From positions 96,001 to 160,000 of the forward strand of contig JBBQUR010000002.1 in NCBI GenBank assembly GCA_038212275.1: DNA of 64,000 bases. Direction: 5' to 3'. The notes under the pieces were generated by a model. That model ran no database searches, had not been told where the DNA came from, and saw nothing but the letters and a program-made list of their open reading frames with translations. Both the position numbers and the translations under genes were made by a program. This DNA is from Planctomycetota bacterium. Its GTDB lineage: Bacteria; Planctomycetota; B15-G4. Shown here in pieces: positions 18,401-27,299 of the stretch. Every line of letters begins with the position of its first letter. Position 1 is the first letter of the stretch.

Positions 18401-20832
18401 ACCTGTCGGAGCTGGCCGGCGTGCGCGAGAGCGATGCGCTCTACGTGGAACTTCTCGGCCGGCACGGCCAGAGTACGGACCGTTTCGTGGCAGCTGCTGC
18501 GAGCCTCGCGCGGCGCCGCGGCACGACACCCGCGCAGGAGTTGCTGGCCGCCATCGGTCGCGCCGACGCGCGCAGCGACGGCCACGCGGACCACCTGCTC
18601 TCCGGACTCTTCGAGGCCGTCGCCGCGCTGCCTGCCGACACGCAGGCCGAGCTCGCCGCGCCGATGGCCGCGCTGGCCACCGACGCCCGCCGGCCGAGCA
18701 CGCGGCGCCTCGCCACGGTGGCCCGCCTGCGCGCCGACGGCGACGTCGAGCGTGCGTGGGTGACGGCCTGCGCCTCGCCCGCCGCGCTCATCGACCTGCT
18801 CGACGCGCTGCCCTTCCTGCACGACCCCGCGCTGGCCGAGGCGCTCTTCCCGCGCCTGCTCGCGTTGCTCGACACGCTGCCGCCGCAGCTCGCGGCGAGC
18901 GGCGCGGGTGCGCCGGCAGGGGCGGGCGGCCATGGCGCAGGTGGCGCAGGTGGCGCAGGTGGCGCAGGTGGCGCAGGTGGCGCAGGTGGCGCAGGCGACG
19001 CAGGCGACGCGGGTGGCGCGGGCGAAGCGGGCGACGCGGCCGCTTCGTTGCGCGGCACGCCGGGCCGCTTCGTCCGCGTGGAGCTGCCCGGCCCGGCGCA
19101 CACGCTCACGCTCGCCGAAGTGCAGGTCTTCTCGCGCGGCGAGAACGTCGCGCGGCGCGGCACGGCGAGCCAGTCGAGCACGGCCTGGGGCGGCGTCGCG
19201 GCGCGCGCGCTCGACGGCAACACGAGCGGCACCTTCGCCGACGAAGGCCAGACGCACACATCCGAGGACCGCCCCGACCCGTGGTGGGAGGTGGACCTCG
19301 GCAGCGAGCAGCCGATCGAGAGCATCGTCCTGTGGAATCGCACCGAGGACGGCGGGCGCTGGGTCTCGCGTCTCGACGGCTACGTCGTGCGCGTGCTGGA
19401 CGGTCAGCGGCGCACCAGCTTCGAGGCGCACGGCGAGCGCGCCACGCCCGAGAGCATGGTGCTGCAGATCGGTTCGCCCGCGCAGGCAGTGCGACGCGCC
19501 GCGGTCGCCGCGCTGCCGGCGCTGGGCGTGCGTGAAGCGGACGCCGTGACCGCGCTCGTCGCGCGCTTCGATGACGACGAGCTGCGCGGCGCGATCGTCG
19601 CGGCGCTGCGCGCCGTGCCCGCGTCGCGCTGGCCCGCGGCCGCGCGCACGGCGCTGGCCGAAGCGCTGCTGGCGGACTTCGCGCGCCCCGATGCCGGCGA
19701 CTTCGGCAGCGACGCCGGCCGCGCGCGTCTCGCACTGGCCGACGAGCTGGCGCCGGCCCTCCGCGCGAACGGCAGTGTCGGCGGCGAGCTGGCCACGCGG
19801 CTCGCGGCGGCGCGCGAGCGGCTCGGGCCGCAGGTCATCGTCATCCGGCCGGTGCCGGACAGCCTGCGCTTCGACCGCACGGAGTTCGCCGTCGTCGCGG
19901 GCCGGCCCGTCGAGCTGGTCTTCGAGAACCGCGACATCATGCCGCACAACCTCGTGATCGCCGCGCCGGGCGCGCTGGCCACGGTGGGCATCGCCGGCGA
20001 GAAGCTTGCCGCCGATCCCGAGGCCGCCGCGCGCGGCTGGGTGCCGGACCTGCCCGAGGTGCTGCACGCCAGCCGCCTGCTGAATCCCGGCGAGAGCCAG
20101 ACGCTTGCCTTCGACGCGCCGGCCACGCCCGCCGACCATCCCTACGTGTGCACCTTCCCGGGCCACTGGCTCCGCATGAACGGCGTCATGCACGTCGTGC
20201 GCGAGGAGGACCTGGCCGCGACGCGCGCCGCGATCGCCGCGCGTGCGGACGTCGCCGTGACGGGCAACGCGCCCTCGCGGCGCTTCGTGCGCCTGTGGAC
20301 ACCGGCGGATTTCGCGACGGACCTGAACGCCGTCGATCACGCCTCGCCGCAGCGCGGGCGCGCGGTGCTGGATGCCGCCTCGTGCCTGCGCTGCCACAGC
20401 ATCGCGGGCGACGGCGAAGGCGGCACCACCGGGCCGGAACTGCGCGGGGCCGTCGGCAGGCATGAGCGGGCCGCGCTGCTCGCGCAGGTGCTGGAGCCGT
20501 CGGCCCTCATCGCGGAGGGCTACGGTGCGGAGCTCTTCTTCCTGCGCGGCGGAGGCGTCGTCTCCGGGCGCGTGCTCGGCAAGGACGGGCGCGTCGTGCG
20601 CGTGCTGGACGACCCGTACGGCGCCACGCCCCGCGAGGTGCCGCTCGATCAGATCGAGGAGCGTCGCGTCTCGGAGGTGTCGATCATGCCCGAGGGATTG
20701 CTCACGACTTTCTCTCGCGAGGAGATCCTCGACCTGCTCGCCTACCTGGAGTCGCTGCGGCTGCAGCCGGCGTCCACGCCGGGAGTCGCGCCGGAATCAG
20801 GACCCGCGCCGGCGACGACGCCCGGGCGCTGA
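15406..20832 (+). CDS. Giant PVC-type heme-binding protein: SGNH + dehydrogenase-like propeller + HEAT + F-type lectin/discoidin + cupredoxin + cytochrome c
   Basis: FRNLG/FGFNES/DGIHLN; NPVQMAWD, LEDEDGDGRAD, FRPVD..GPDGA; HT..PWWEVDLG..WNR; MPHN + CTFPGHWLRM; CLRCH + SIMPEGL. Confidence 0.9.
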   Translation: MSTSRLPFAPQLRLHVLLQSLLQSLLLSVLLSVLLSSAAAQASPQAGVPAVDAQSVPQAALAAAAVQPRSATEVLRAGDRICLVGGALAERFQHDGWIEARLQCRLPELGLSFRNLGFTADTLTVRQRTDGFGTQDEWLTRCRASVIFGFFGFNESFAGEAGLPQFRTDLAEWLQHVQGQRYDGVAAPRVVLFSPTPAEELHDPHLPTAASHNARLAPYVAAMADVAREHGVPFVNLFAPLRDGFALSLPPPVGADGRPGPEHLTIDGIHLNERGNESLASLIESALVPATHEASFAPDAARLASVRALVQAKNDLWWNRYRVTDGYNVYGGRSALSYDGLTNFVVLQRELEILDAETAQHDERIVAAARGDAQLASSPAGRGDIAVPEPIPVPTNRPGEGPGGRHEFRDGESAIALMTPAPGMAVNLFADEARFPELANPVQMAWDTRGRLWVAAWPTYPHWAPNDPTGDRLLILEDEDGDGRADTCKVFADDLHNPTGFEFWNGGVFVAEAPDLLFLKDTDGDDRADFVERTLGGLASSDTHHSANSFVLGPDGALYFQEGIFHQTQIETVYGPVRNHDACAWRYEPRTRRVERYAAYGFLNPHGHVFDRWGQDFLTDGTTNENFVAGPMAGYVEEPRKHPGTFTFFAQRSRPAAATEILSSSHFPAENQGNYLIANVIGFQGIFQYRLADDGAGFSATEVEPLVHSADPNFRPVDIEVGPDGAVYFLDWQAPLIGHMQHHLRDPSRDHSHGRVYRVTCIDRPLSAPVPIAGRPIEELVALLASPDDRVRYRTRIELSARDSDEVVFAARAWAAAVLRTDAYSGHAAGREHDLLEALWLQEQHQVLDRELLMRVLASPDAHARAASVRVLRHLRAQFAAGVGLFGSQPGAPAWVPSVAHATPLIDAPGALDLLAKAATDPEARVRLEVVVACSFFPEARAAEIALTAWRAGHDRFLDYALDETLATLAPQWRAALASGQPLAANDPEALALLLARLDLSELAGVRESDALYVELLGRHGQSTDRFVAAAASLARRRGTTPAQELLAAIGRADARSDGHADHLLSGLFEAVAALPADTQAELAAPMAALATDARRPSTRRLATVARLRADGDVERAWVTACASPAALIDLLDALPFLHDPALAEALFPRLLALLDTLPPQLAASGAGAPAGAGGHGAGGAGGAGGAGGAGGAGGAGDAGDAGGAGEAGDAAASLRGTPGRFVRVELPGPAHTLTLAEVQVFSRGENVARRGTASQSSTAWGGVAARALDGNTSGTFADEGQTHTSEDRPDPWWEVDLGSEQPIESIVLWNRTEDGGRWVSRLDGYVVRVLDGQRRTSFEAHGERATPESMVLQIGSPAQAVRRAAVAALPALGVREADAVTALVARFDDDELRGAIVAALRAVPASRWPAAARTALAEALLADFARPDAGDFGSDAGRARLALADELAPALRANGSVGGELATRLAAARERLGPQVIVIRPVPDSLRFDRTEFAVVAGRPVELVFENRDIMPHNLVIAAPGALATVGIAGEKLAADPEAAARGWVPDLPEVLHASRLLNPGESQTLAFDAPATPADHPYVCTFPGHWLRMNGVMHVVREEDLAATRAAIAARADVAVTGNAPSRRFVRLWTPADFATDLNAVDHASPQRGRAVLDAASCLRCHSIAGDGEGGTTGPELRGAVGRHERAALLAQVLEPSALIAEGYGAELFFLRGGGVVSGRVLGKDGRVVRVLDDPYGATPREVPLDQIEERRVSEVSIMPEGLLTTFSREEILDLLAYLESLRLQPASTPGVAPESGPAPATTPGR
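18934..19014 (+). repeat. 9-bp tandem repeat GGCGCAGGT (6 perfect plus degenerate copies) encoding a Gly-Ala linker
   Basis: Directly visible. Confidence 0.9.
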
Positions 20833-20963
20833 GGCTTCGTTCCGCAGCAGTCGTCTGCGGACTCTGCACGACTCCGACGCGTGCGTCGAGGTGCCGTGCC
20901 GCGTCGGCAGGCATTCGAGAGGCCGGGTAGACTCCCCGGCCCCCCATCCCACGGATCTCAACG

Positions 20964-22475
20964 ATGCTTGCCACCCTCGTGACCCTTGCGGCGACTGCTT
21001 TCGCCACGCTTGCCGTCGTCCCCGCCGCGCAGGCCGCCGACCTCACGCTCTCCAAGGTGGGCGGCGGCGCGCTGCAGACCACGACGCTCACGCTCAAGGG
21101 CAACCCGGGCACCAGATACCTGCTGCTCGTGTCGCCGTACGAACAGGCCGAGCAGATCAAGCCGGGTGTCGTGCTGGAGATCCCGACGGCATTCATCGAC
21201 CTCTCGGTCACGGTGCCGGGCTTTGCCGGCGCGCTCTCCGCGGGCGGCGTCGCGCAGGCCAGCTTCGTGCTGCCGGCGGACCCGGTGATCCTCGGCCTCG
21301 TGCTCTCCTTCCAGGCGCTGGACTTCCAGCCGATCACGCAGGCGTCCAACCTCGTGCGCCTGACGCCGGCGCTGCCGGGCAGCTTCGAGAACACGCTGGG
21401 CGACGCGGCGCTGCCGCTGGCCGGCGGCGCGGCCATCGAGCGGGCCGACGGCACGGTGCTGCTCGTCGGCGGCTCGGGCCCGGTGACGCAGATCTACGAC
21501 AGCAATCGCGAGGAGTTCAGCGTGGGCGGCGCGTCTTTCGGCGTCGGCCTGCTCGGGCAGTCCACCGCGCTGGCGGACGGGCGCATCCTCTTCACCGGCG
21601 GCTTCGGCCTCGACGGCCAGCCGAGCACGGCCGCCGCGCTCTACGACCCCGTCACCGACACGACCACGACGCTGGCCATGCTCTTCCCGCGTGCGGGCCA
21701 CGGCGCGTCGCTCATGCCGAGCGGCAAGGTGCTCATCACCGGCGGTTTCTCGGCCTTCGCGCTGACCGACGTCCTTGCGCTGCTGCAGGGCATTCAGGGC
21801 AGCACGGAGATCTTCGATCCCGCCACGCTGGCGTTCACCGCGGGCCCGACGCTGCTCGAGCCGCGCGCGCTGCACACCTCCACGACGACCTCCACCGGCC
21901 GTGTGCTCATCGCCGGCGGCCTCACGCTGGTGCCCATCGTGAACATCCCGACGGTGTCGGCCACGGCGTACAACTTCAACCCGGCCAACAACTCCTTCGG
22001 CCTGCCGATCTTCTTCTCCGGGGCGCGCCTCATGCACTCCGCCGTCGCGCTGGACAATGGCAAGGTGCTGCTCGTCGGCGGTCTCACTGCGGACCTCGCG
22101 GGCGTGCTCGCCTCGGGCGACCTCACGCAGATCGCGATCGGCTCCGTGGGCAACGGCCAGCTCTGGACGACCAACTTCCTCGGCGGCTCCTTCACCACCG
22201 TGCCGGGCCTGTCCGTGCCGCGTGCCGGCGCCGGTGTCGCCGCGCTGCCGGGCGGCGGCGCACTCATCGCGGGCGGCCTGCAATTCGACCTGTCGAGCGC
22301 GGCCCTCGGCCTCACGCCGCAGACGGCGTGCGACGTCTACTCGTCCGCCTCCGGCTTCGCTTCCATCGCGGACCTCGCCGCCGCGCGCACGCTCCCCGTG
22401 CTCGAGCGCCTCAACGACGGCACCGTCCTGGTGGTCGGCGGCGGCCCGCTGAGCGCGGAGATCTTCCAGCCCTGA
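20964..22475 (+). CDS. Secreted Kelch-repeat beta-propeller protein
   Basis: Signal peptide AQA-A; repeats R..H....L.DG.VL..GG....AE.YDP. Confidence 0.88.
   Translation: MLATLVTLAATAFATLAVVPAAQAADLTLSKVGGGALQTTTLTLKGNPGTRYLLLVSPYEQAEQIKPGVVLEIPTAFIDLSVTVPGFAGALSAGGVAQASFVLPADPVILGLVLSFQALDFQPITQASNLVRLTPALPGSFENTLGDAALPLAGGAAIERADGTVLLVGGSGPVTQIYDSNREEFSVGGASFGVGLLGQSTALADGRILFTGGFGLDGQPSTAAALYDPVTDTTTTLAMLFPRAGHGASLMPSGKVLITGGFSAFALTDVLALLQGIQGSTEIFDPATLAFTAGPTLLEPRALHTSTTTSTGRVLIAGGLTLVPIVNIPTVSATAYNFNPANNSFGLPIFFSGARLMHSAVALDNGKVLLVGGLTADLAGVLASGDLTQIAIGSVGNGQLWTTNFLGGSFTTVPGLSVPRAGAGVAALPGGGALIAGGLQFDLSSAALGLTPQTACDVYSSASGFASIADLAAARTLPVLERLNDGTVLVVGGGPLSAEIFQP
22404..22461 (+). repeat. 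Left direct repeat (3' end of Kelch gene) of the hipBA block
   Basis: 52/58 identical to 25374..25431. Confidence 0.85.
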
Positions 22476-22520
22476 GGCAGGTGCGGGCGGGCTCGCGAGG
22501 CCTGCCGCCCGAGCCGTCAG

Positions 22521-23777
22521 CTACACGCGCAGCAGGCGGGCCGCTTCCTCGGCGAGCGGATGCTCGAAGGCGCTGGCGTATGCAACGAGCGTCGCGGCCT
22601 TGAGGCGCAGTGCGCGGCCGGCGACGCGCCAGCCCGAGACCGCCGTGAACACCTCGCGCAGGATCTGCTTCGCCGTGTCGGCCGGCAGGCCGAAGCGCGG
22701 CGCAAGCGCGAGCGCTCCGGCGATGCTCGGGTCTTCGCCGTCCTCGCTCAGGGGGGTCTGGCCCGCACGCGCCCGCTCCATCTCGGGCACGGGATTGAGG
22801 TCGTAGGCCGGCGAGAGCGCCCAGCGGCCCGCCGCCCGCATGAGGAAGCCATGGTTGCGGAGGTGGTCGTCGACGTTGCTGGCGAGCAGCGAGAAGGCCA
22901 TGCGGCGCCACAGTTCGCGCAGGTCGGCCGCGACGTCGTCGCCGTGCTGGCGGATGCCATCCGCCAGCATCGTGTAGCTGCCGCGGCCGGAGTCCCCGCT
23001 CGTCTCGCGACCGGGAGCGGTCGGCATGCCGAGCAGGCTCGCTCCGGAGAGAAAGGGAGTGCGCTGGCCGCCGGCCCGATCGAAGCGCGTGATGACGGCG
23101 GCGTGCTTGCCGCGCACCGTCGCCAGTCGATGCTCCGCGACACGGATGCCGCACGAGCGTGCGAGGTGCAACGCGAGAATCTCCCCGGCGGCGATGTCGC
23201 GCGTGTCGTCGGGCTTGGGAAACTTCGCGAGGGCGAGATCGCCGCCGGCGAGGCTGACTGCGCACTTGGGTCGTGCGCCGCCCAGCGGCGAGCCGGCGCC
23301 GAGGAGGAAGCGCAGATCGTCCGCGGTGTCGGTTTCCGCGTGGATCGCGTCCGTGGCGGCCAGCAGGGCGGCGAGGCGCACGAGGGGAGGAACCCTGCCA
23401 CCGGTGGCGGCGAGGAAGGGGCTGCCGGCGTCGTGCCGGAAACGGAGCGCCCCGAGTCGCGTGGCGTCGTCGAGCGCGAGCACGAAATCCAGGTCGCGAT
23501 ACGGTCTGCTCTCAAGGACTCTTCTGCGCACGGCGCGTTCGATGAGCACGCGGCCCCAGCGATCGGGACCGCAGTCGGCCACGGCACCGAAGAGCGACGG
23601 CGCATGCTGCGCCCCGGATCGGAGCGGCAGGGAGGTGGGGTCGATCGCGAAGGCGCCCGCGTGCGTGAGCCATGCGCGCGCATACTCGAACGCGACGGAC
23701 GGCCCGCGCTCCGCGGCGTGCAGTCGCCCGACGAGCCGCGTCTCGCCCTGCCAGTCCACGTGCACTTCGACGCTCAT
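22521..23777 (-). CDS. hipA: HipA-family kinase toxin
   Basis: PDRWGR, GSPLGGARPK, LAKFP, RFDR, NVDDHLRNHGF, LSPAYDLNP. Confidence 0.93.
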   Translation of the reverse strand: MSVEVHVDWQGETRLVGRLHAAERGPSVAFEYARAWLTHAGAFAIDPTSLPLRSGAQHAPSLFGAVADCGPDRWGRVLIERAVRRRVLESRPYRDLDFVLALDDATRLGALRFRHDAGSPFLAATGGRVPPLVRLAALLAATDAIHAETDTADDLRFLLGAGSPLGGARPKCAVSLAGGDLALAKFPKPDDTRDIAAGEILALHLARSCGIRVAEHRLATVRGKHAAVITRFDRAGGQRTPFLSGASLLGMPTAPGRETSGDSGRGSYTMLADGIRQHGDDVAADLRELWRRMAFSLLASNVDDHLRNHGFLMRAAGRWALSPAYDLNPVPEMERARAGQTPLSEDGEDPSIAGALALAPRFGLPADTAKQILREVFTAVSGWRVAGRALRLKAATLVAYASAFEHPLAEEAARLLRV

Positions 23778-24094
23778 GGGCGCGGCCTGCGGATGCGCTT
23801 CGGCAGCCGGAGCTCGTCGAGGCCGAGCGCCAACTCATCGGTCGCGGGTGTGGCGAGGCTCCCGAGCCGATCGTGAAGCTGGAGGATGAAGGCCACCGTG
23901 GCCAGCGTGCCGGTCGCGACCGTCGGGTCGCCGCGCTCCAGGCGCCACAGCGTGTCGCGGCTGACGAAGGCGCGCGCCGCCATGTCGGCCGTGGAAATGC
24001 CGCGCTTGCGCCGGGCAAGTGAGAGGTCACGGCCAAGCCTGCGGAGTGCGTGCACCACGGGCAGCGGATGGGAGGATGCCTTGGACATCGACAT
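23774..24094 (-). CDS. HipB-like Xre HTH antitoxin (start uncertain)
   Basis: LGRDLSLARRKRGISTADMAARAFVSRDTLWRLERGDP; ATGA overlap with hipA. Confidence 0.88.
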   Translation of the reverse strand: MSMSKASSHPLPVVHALRRLGRDLSLARRKRGISTADMAARAFVSRDTLWRLERGDPTVATGTLATVAFILQLHDRLGSLATPATDELALGLDELRLPKRIRRPRP

Positions 24095-24133
24095 AATGTC
24101 GGCCATAGCAGTCAATAAATCAAATAACGTTGG

Positions 24134-24164
24134 ATATGACGGTCATATGGGATCGCAGATCCCA
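24134..24164. promoter_or_regulatory. Palindromes upstream of hipB (candidate autoregulatory operators)
   Basis: ATATGAC-G-GTCATAT and TGGGATC-GCA-GATCCCA in an AT-rich promoter region. Confidence 0.5.
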
Positions 24165-24442
24165 AGCCATGGAGGGGTGCTTCAGGCGTGATTCGGGACG
24201 CCACCCCACGCGTGGTGATCTGGGCTCAGGCCTGTCCGGCGCCGCGCGGTGGCAGCTCGGTCTGCTCGGCGCGCCAGACTTCCGGGTCGAATTCGCACAT
24301 CAGCGCCACGAAGCCCGTCACCAGGCCGGGCACGCCGGCGACCAGCGTGCGGTTGTGCTCCGAGAGCCTGGATGGAATGAGAAGAACACCCGGCCCGCCC
24401 CCTGCCTGATCATTCACGTCATGAATGATGATCATTCACGCG

Positions 24443-25375
24443 GTGAAGATCATTCCACGGCTGCTCGGAGACGCCTTGCGCGAGCGGCTGCGGGTCATGC
24501 CCGCGGTCGTCGTGACCGGGGCGCTTTCTCATCACGGGCTCAGCCAACCTGCTGCTGATGCGCCAAGTCGGCGAATCAGTGGCCGGCCGTGCGAGCTACC
24601 TCACGCCGTGGCCGATGACGAGGCGCGAGCAGCAGGGCCACGGGCGCTGCGGCGTGTGGGACGAGTTGCTCGCGGCCCGCGACGACGAGTGGCTGGACAT
24701 CCTCGCGGCGCATCCTGACGAGCCGGACGACTGGCGCGCCCTGGCTCGCCGGGGCGGCTATCCGACGCCTTCCATGGAGCTGCAGACCGCCGCCGAGCGC
24801 GCCATCTGGTTCGACGGCTACGCCCGCACCTACCTGGAGCGTGACCTGCAGGATCTCGCATCCATCGCCGCATTGCCCGACTTCCGCCGGCTGATGCGCG
24901 CCGCAAGCCTCAGGCTCGGGCAACTTCTCAATCAGACCGAGCTGGCCCGCGACGTGGCCCTGCCGCAGCCCACCGTGCACCGCTGGCTCAACCTGCTCGA
25001 GACTTCCTGCCTGCTCGTGCGTCTTCCGGCTTTCGCAGTGAACCGCACCAAGCGACTCATCAAGTCGCCCAAGCTCTACTGGAACGACACCGGCCTGGCG
25101 TGATGCGCGTCTCGATCGCGCGGAGCTGAGTTACTGGCGACCGGCGACCGGCGACCGGCGAGGAAGTGGACTTCGTGATCGAGACCGCGGGGAAACTTCT
25201 GCCGATCGAGGTCAAGGCCGCCGCACGCCCGCGACTCGGCGATGCCACCCACCTTCGCAGTTTCCGCACCGAGTACGGAAAGAAGTCCCGCGCCGCGCTG
25301 CTGCTGCACACCGGCAGCACGCTGGAATGGCTCGCACCCGACGTGCTGGCCGCGCCGTGGTGGAGGGTGCTCTGA
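24443..25375 (+). pseudogene. AAA_14/DUF4143 ATPase, fragmented
   Basis: PAVVVTGA with Walker A cut off; ESVAGR..GGYP..YLERDL..KRLIKSPKLYWNDTGL stop; EVDFVIE..PIEVK in a later fragment. Confidence 0.8.
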
Positions 25376-25431
25376 GCGCCTGGCCAACGGCTCCGTCCTG
25401 GTGGTCGGCGGCGGCCCGATGAGCGCGGAGA
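25374..25431 (+). repeat. Right direct repeat (orphan Kelch 3' end)
   Basis: Encodes ERLANGSVLVVGGGPMSAE versus ERLNDGTVLVVGGGPLSAE in the intact gene. Confidence 0.85.
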
Positions 25432-25659
25432 GGCGTGCGCCCCGCGTCCAGTCACGCGACGTTTGAGACGCCGCGCCATCCGCGAAGTGCGGACGGCGCG
25501 GCGCGAGATGCGCCCACCGGGAGCCTGTGCAGCGAGGCTGCTGCCCTGGACGCCACACTTTCCCTGGCGAATGGCCGGCCGTGAACTTGGCGTTCAGCCG
25601 ACGCCCATTCTTGCGTTCAGCCGCCCGGCACGGCTTCCACCCGCCATACCCCGGATCGC

Positions 25660-25785
25660 CAAGCCCTACCCCCCGATACCTCGCGTCTCGGCTGCGCGAG
25701 GCTCTTGGCGACACGCCCGCCGTCCTGATCAACGGCCCGCGGCAGAGCGGCGAGCCCACGCTCGCGCGTGCCGTCGGCGAGCCGC
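25660..25785 (+). pseudogene. N-terminal remnant of a second AAA_14 ATPase
   Basis: PRYLASRLREALGDTPAVLINGPRQSGEPTLARAV (decayed GPRQSGKTT). Confidence 0.6.
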
Positions 25786-25910
25786 GCGGGTACCCACCCA
25801 ATCACCCGCAGCGTGTCCCCCCGGTGCCGTGCTGGCCGCGCCCCATGTTGGACGGTGCTCTAAGCGCGGGCCGGTTGACCTGCACGGCTGAAGCCCGGCA
25901 GTGAAGCCGC

Positions 25911-27086
25911 CTACTCCCCCGCCGGCAGCGCGAGGTCCAGCGGATGGACGCCGGGCTTGTGCTTGCCGAAGCCGAACATCGTCGGCTCGTAGCTGCCGAC
26001 GAGGTCCACGTTGCTGCGCTCCGGGATCTCCTGCGCGAGCAGCAGGCACCAGTAGCAGGCATTCACGAGCAGGCGGCGCAGGTCTTCGGACTGCAGGTCC
26101 ACGGAGGCGCCCATGGTCGAGCAGAGCACGCGTTGCGCGCCGCTGCCGGGCAGCGCGATCTCGCGGATCCAGGTGACGGGCATGCGCGGCTCGTTGCGGC
26201 CGTCGGTCACGGGCGGCGAGCTGCTGCTCATGCCGGAGAGCACCTCGCCCTCCAGCAGCACGGTGGCGTCGGGCGGCAGCGGCCCGACGGTGTAGACGTC
26301 GGTCGGGCCCCACACGTCGGAGACGCCGCGCAGGATCGCGTGCGCCGCGACGCCGTCCGGGATCACGCCGCGCGTGCTCTCCTCGCCGTGGTGGCCGTAG
26401 TGCGCGACCCAGGTTTCGCCGAGCACCTGCTTGCCGAAGCCGCCGGGATACGCCGCGTCCGTGCTGTCCCAGCTCCAGCTGGCGTAGGGGCTCTTGCTGC
26501 CCGCGTCGTAGGCGAAGGCGTGCGTCGCGGTGCGCAGGCCGATGACCGGGCGCTTGCTGTTCACGAAGTTCACGAGGTGCGCCATGTCCTCGTCGGGCAG
26601 CTGGCGGAAGCGCGTGAAGAGCACGAGCAAGTCGGCGTGATCAACGGCATCGATGCCGGGGATGTGGTCGCGCGCGCCGGGGTCGATGCTGCCGTCGGCG
26701 GCGGTCGAGAAGAGCACCGTGCAGCGGAAGCCGTGGCGCACGGCGAGGATCTTCGCCAGTTGCGGCAGCGCTTCCTCGGAGCGGTATTCCTCGTCGCCGG
26801 CAATGAGCACGATGTGCCGGCCGGCGCCCGGGCCCGGGCCGGGTTCATAGGTCAGCGCGGGCAGCGCGGCGATCCGCGCGGCTTCGGCAGCGGCAGCCGC
26901 CTGTGCAGCTTGCGCGGTCGCCTCGGCCTCCTCGGCGGCGGCCTGCGCGAGATCATCGGACGCGCATCCCGCCAGGACCAGCGTGCCAGTCAACGCGCCG
27001 GTCAGCGCGCAGGTCAGCGCGCAGATCAGGGCGCAGGTCCGAGCACCGATCCGTGCGCTCGTCGTCGGCATCAGGCTTCGCAGCAT
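25911..27086 (-). CDS. ThuA-like (class I glutamine amidotransferase fold) lipoprotein
   Basis: Lipobox LAGC; IVLIAGDEEYRSEEALP, GLRTATHAF, GETWVAHYGHH, TMGASVDL. Confidence 0.85.
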   Translation of the reverse strand: MLRSLMPTTSARIGARTCALICALTCALTGALTGTLVLAGCASDDLAQAAAEEAEATAQAAQAAAAAEAARIAALPALTYEPGPGPGAGRHIVLIAGDEEYRSEEALPQLAKILAVRHGFRCTVLFSTAADGSIDPGARDHIPGIDAVDHADLLVLFTRFRQLPDEDMAHLVNFVNSKRPVIGLRTATHAFAYDAGSKSPYASWSWDSTDAAYPGGFGKQVLGETWVAHYGHHGEESTRGVIPDGVAAHAILRGVSDVWGPTDVYTVGPLPPDATVLLEGEVLSGMSSSSPPVTDGRNEPRMPVTWIREIALPGSGAQRVLCSTMGASVDLQSEDLRRLLVNACYWCLLLAQEIPERSNVDLVGSYEPTMFGFGKHKPGVHPLDLALPAGE

Positions 27087-27299
27087 CGCAGTCGGGCTCC
27101 CGTTCGGTGTGACGCAGGACACGTTACCGATTGCCGCCGCCCGCAGGCACCGGCCCGTCCGTGACGGGTGTGGCGAGAGGCACTCCGGGGACACGGCGGC
27201 CTCGTCGACCGGCCCTTCGGCGGCTGCGGCGCGCGCAGGCTCGGTTTGTCTGCGGGCCCGCGCCACGGGTACCGTGCGCTCTTCCCCCGGAGTCCCGCC

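Noticed and set aside
18934..19014. Tandem repeats as a CRISPR array (also 50165-50220)
   Set aside because: No spacers, 9-bp units, no cas genes
15415..20463. Very long opposite-strand ORFs (also 42259..47595, 60227..63262, 32603..34636)
   Set aside because: Shadow ORFs expected in high-GC DNA opposite well-supported genes
24226..24400. Short minus-strand ORF, possibly a gene 3' remnant
   Set aside because: No recognisable motif or credible start
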